In this document: positions 62,493-64,000 of the stretch, piece after piece
How positions within the stretch are numbered: position 1 is the stretch's first letter
Layout of the letters: every line of letters begins with the position of its first letter
IMG/VR virus record: IMGVR_UViG_3300011008_000177
Location: 2,230 to 66,229 of that record
Origin: a virus
Lineage: Duplodnaviria; Caudoviricetes
Length of the DNA stretch: 64,000 nucleotides
Strand: one strand, 5' to 3'
Position numbers and translations under genes: made by a program
The notes under the pieces: model-generated
Seen by the model: the letters and a program-made list of their open reading frames with translations, nothing else
What the model was told of the DNA's origin: nothing
Database searches by the model: none

Positions 62493-63224
62493 ATGAGTAA
62501 AAACAATAAGAAGAAAAATAATAATAATCATAATAACAATCATAATCATAAAAATAACGATATCCCGACTAGTTTGGGAAATCCTAACAGATTGGATCGA
62601 GTTAGATATACAATATTTTATCTTCCCGATAAATTATTATTTAAATTAGAAATACCTAGAGGACTTAGTCCAGAAAAAAGATTCATCTTTGATTATAAAA
62701 ATTATTTGGATACACAAATCTTTATTGATATTAGATTAATGATATTAAATAAAGAAAAAATTGAATTAAATCCTGTACTAATAGAATCTGAAAAGAAAAT
62801 TAAAGAAGATTTTAGAAAACGAAGTACAACATTTAATATGATAACATTTGCACGATTTTTAAATGAAATTGATATGTTATCTATAGAATTACGCTCACCT
62901 GAATTATTTACATATGATGATAATGATAAATTAATATTAAATGGAAATAATTGGAAAAAATACATTCATGATGTTAAATCATCATTTGATAGAATTATAA
63001 TGGCTCCTCATGTTGTTGAAAATAAAGATAAGATTCCATGTGAAGGAGTAAAAATAACATTAATAGATGATTTGAATAAACATCATAATGTAGAATTAAC
63101 ATATGATGAATTTTATGCTTTAAATTGGACTTTAAAGAATACTGACATAAATACTATGGCTCTAAATATATATTTGAGAATGTATTTTAGACCAGTAAAA
63201 ACAGATAATTTTAATAGGAGATAA
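62493..63224 (+). CDS. Hypothetical protein with K/N-rich N-terminus
   Basis: 243-aa ORF directly after the RNAP exon. Confidence 0.6.
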   Translation: MSKNNKKKNNNNHNNNHNHKNNDIPTSLGNPNRLDRVRYTIFYLPDKLLFKLEIPRGLSPEKRFIFDYKNYLDTQIFIDIRLMILNKEKIELNPVLIESEKKIKEDFRKRSTTFNMITFARFLNEIDMLSIELRSPELFTYDDNDKLILNGNNWKKYIHDVKSSFDRIIMAPHVVENKDKIPCEGVKITLIDDLNKHHNVELTYDEFYALNWTLKNTDINTMALNIYLRMYFRPVKTDNFNRR

Positions 63225-63229
63225 AATAA

Positions 63230-64000
63230 ATGATAATTGGAATTGTTCCATCATTAAACAAAACATTTGAAGTTGATGGCAAAATATGTGATAATATGAT
63301 TGAAGAAAAATTATATTATGATAATGATCATCGACTTTTTATGTATTCGACAAAATATAATCGAAGTTGTCCAGATAATGGATTCTTTCCAATTTTCAAT
63401 GGAAAGAATTTTCTAATAGATAAACATAGTATTATTAAATATTATCCTGACGATATGATAAATATATCTATGGATAATATGTCGAATAATCTAACAGATG
63501 AAAAAGCCAGAGAAATTATTTATAAAAGAAAAGTTTCTGAGATGAATCAACTACTAAAACCTGAAATTTATGAGACAGATAATTTATTTACTCAATGTAT
63601 TAAAAGTATTATCTGTGAAATGAATATAAATATGATTGATCTGTATAATATGAATGATATCGTAGGTGAAAATATTATTGAACAATGTTATGATTCATTA
63701 ATTAAAATTGCATTTATGAGAAATCATAGGTGGCGTATTTGGATAAATGATATATTAAAATTACATTATATTATAAAAATTTATAAAAATAATGAAAATA
63801 TTTTAGAATATAAATATCCTGATATTACATTGAATCATAAAGATTTATTTAAATTAATAATTCAAACTTTATTAAAAGATTTAAACATAAATAAAAATGA
63901 TTTACATTGTACAGAATTGGATGATTATACAATCAATAATATGTTTTCAGCTTTACGTGGAAAACAATTAAGCGCACAAATATTTAGTAGATTCATGTTA
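63230..64000 (+). CDS. Hypothetical protein, truncated by window end (absent from track); two internal helical repeats
   Basis: ATG 63230 after AGGAG, open to 64000 (MIIGIVPSLNK...AQIFSRFML). DNLFTQCIKSII..NIN and KDLFKLIIQTLL..NIN repeats. Confidence 0.7.
   Translation, partial: MIIGIVPSLNKTFEVDGKICDNMIEEKLYYDNDHRLFMYSTKYNRSCPDNGFFPIFNGKNFLIDKHSIIKYYPDDMINISMDNMSNNLTDEKAREIIYKRKVSEMNQLLKPEIYETDNLFTQCIKSIICEMNINMIDLYNMNDIVGENIIEQCYDSLIKIAFMRNHRWRIWINDILKLHYIIKIYKNNENILEYKYPDITLNHKDLFKLIIQTLLKDLNINKNDLHCTELDDYTINNMFSALRGKQLSAQIFSRFML

Noticed and set aside
711-62965. Numerous short opposite-strand or out-of-frame ORFs in the track (e.g. 1607-1963, 15411-15644, 32022-32402, 33016-33675, 51255-51704, 62184-62549)
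   Set aside because: They shadow well-supported genes, show antisense-type composition (S/F/L/I-rich) and lack RBSs.
1-64000. Stop-codon reassignment as in some gut jumbo phages
   Set aside because: Long genes read intact under code 11, and TAA, TAG (3548) and TGA (52186, 52863) all terminate genes at sensible places.
1-64000. tRNA/rRNA genes
   Set aside because: Intergenic gaps are short and AT-rich, with no cloverleaf or TTC-arm patterns seen.

Overview
The window is a very AT-rich segment of a jumbo myophage of the phiKZ/AR9-like radiation (standard code 11, Firmicutes-style RBSs, probably a clostridial-type host). It carries core morphogenesis genes: tail tube, sheath, large terminase, major capsid, inner-head proteins, baseplate hub/wedge and a long tail fibre. 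Replication and recombination genes are a DnaB-like helicase, an SF2 helicase, SbcD and RusA. It also has split multisubunit RNA polymerase pieces, a GroEL-like chaperonin and a dTTP-supply set (dCMP-type deaminase, Dcd, ThyX, Tmk). Selfish elements are dense: a group I intron with fully resolvable P1/P10 splice sites in the RNAP beta gene, a class-3 intein with an atypical Glu1 in the helicase, two HNH endonucleases, and three related Zn-ribbon + 19/23-aa tandem helical repeat array + PD-(D/E)XK-type nucleases (one intron-encoded, one freestanding, one fused to a degenerate methyltransferase). These repeat-array nucleases are the best candidate for an undescribed system. Other notable points are two perfect tandem duplications (26 and 50 nt) that each frameshift one gene, a 1.3-kaa multi-enzyme polyprotein, a MazF-HTH fusion, a recurring ATATATTAT promoter-like motif and many unusually long intergenic palindromes. 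All product calls come from motif recognition by eye; no database searches were run.
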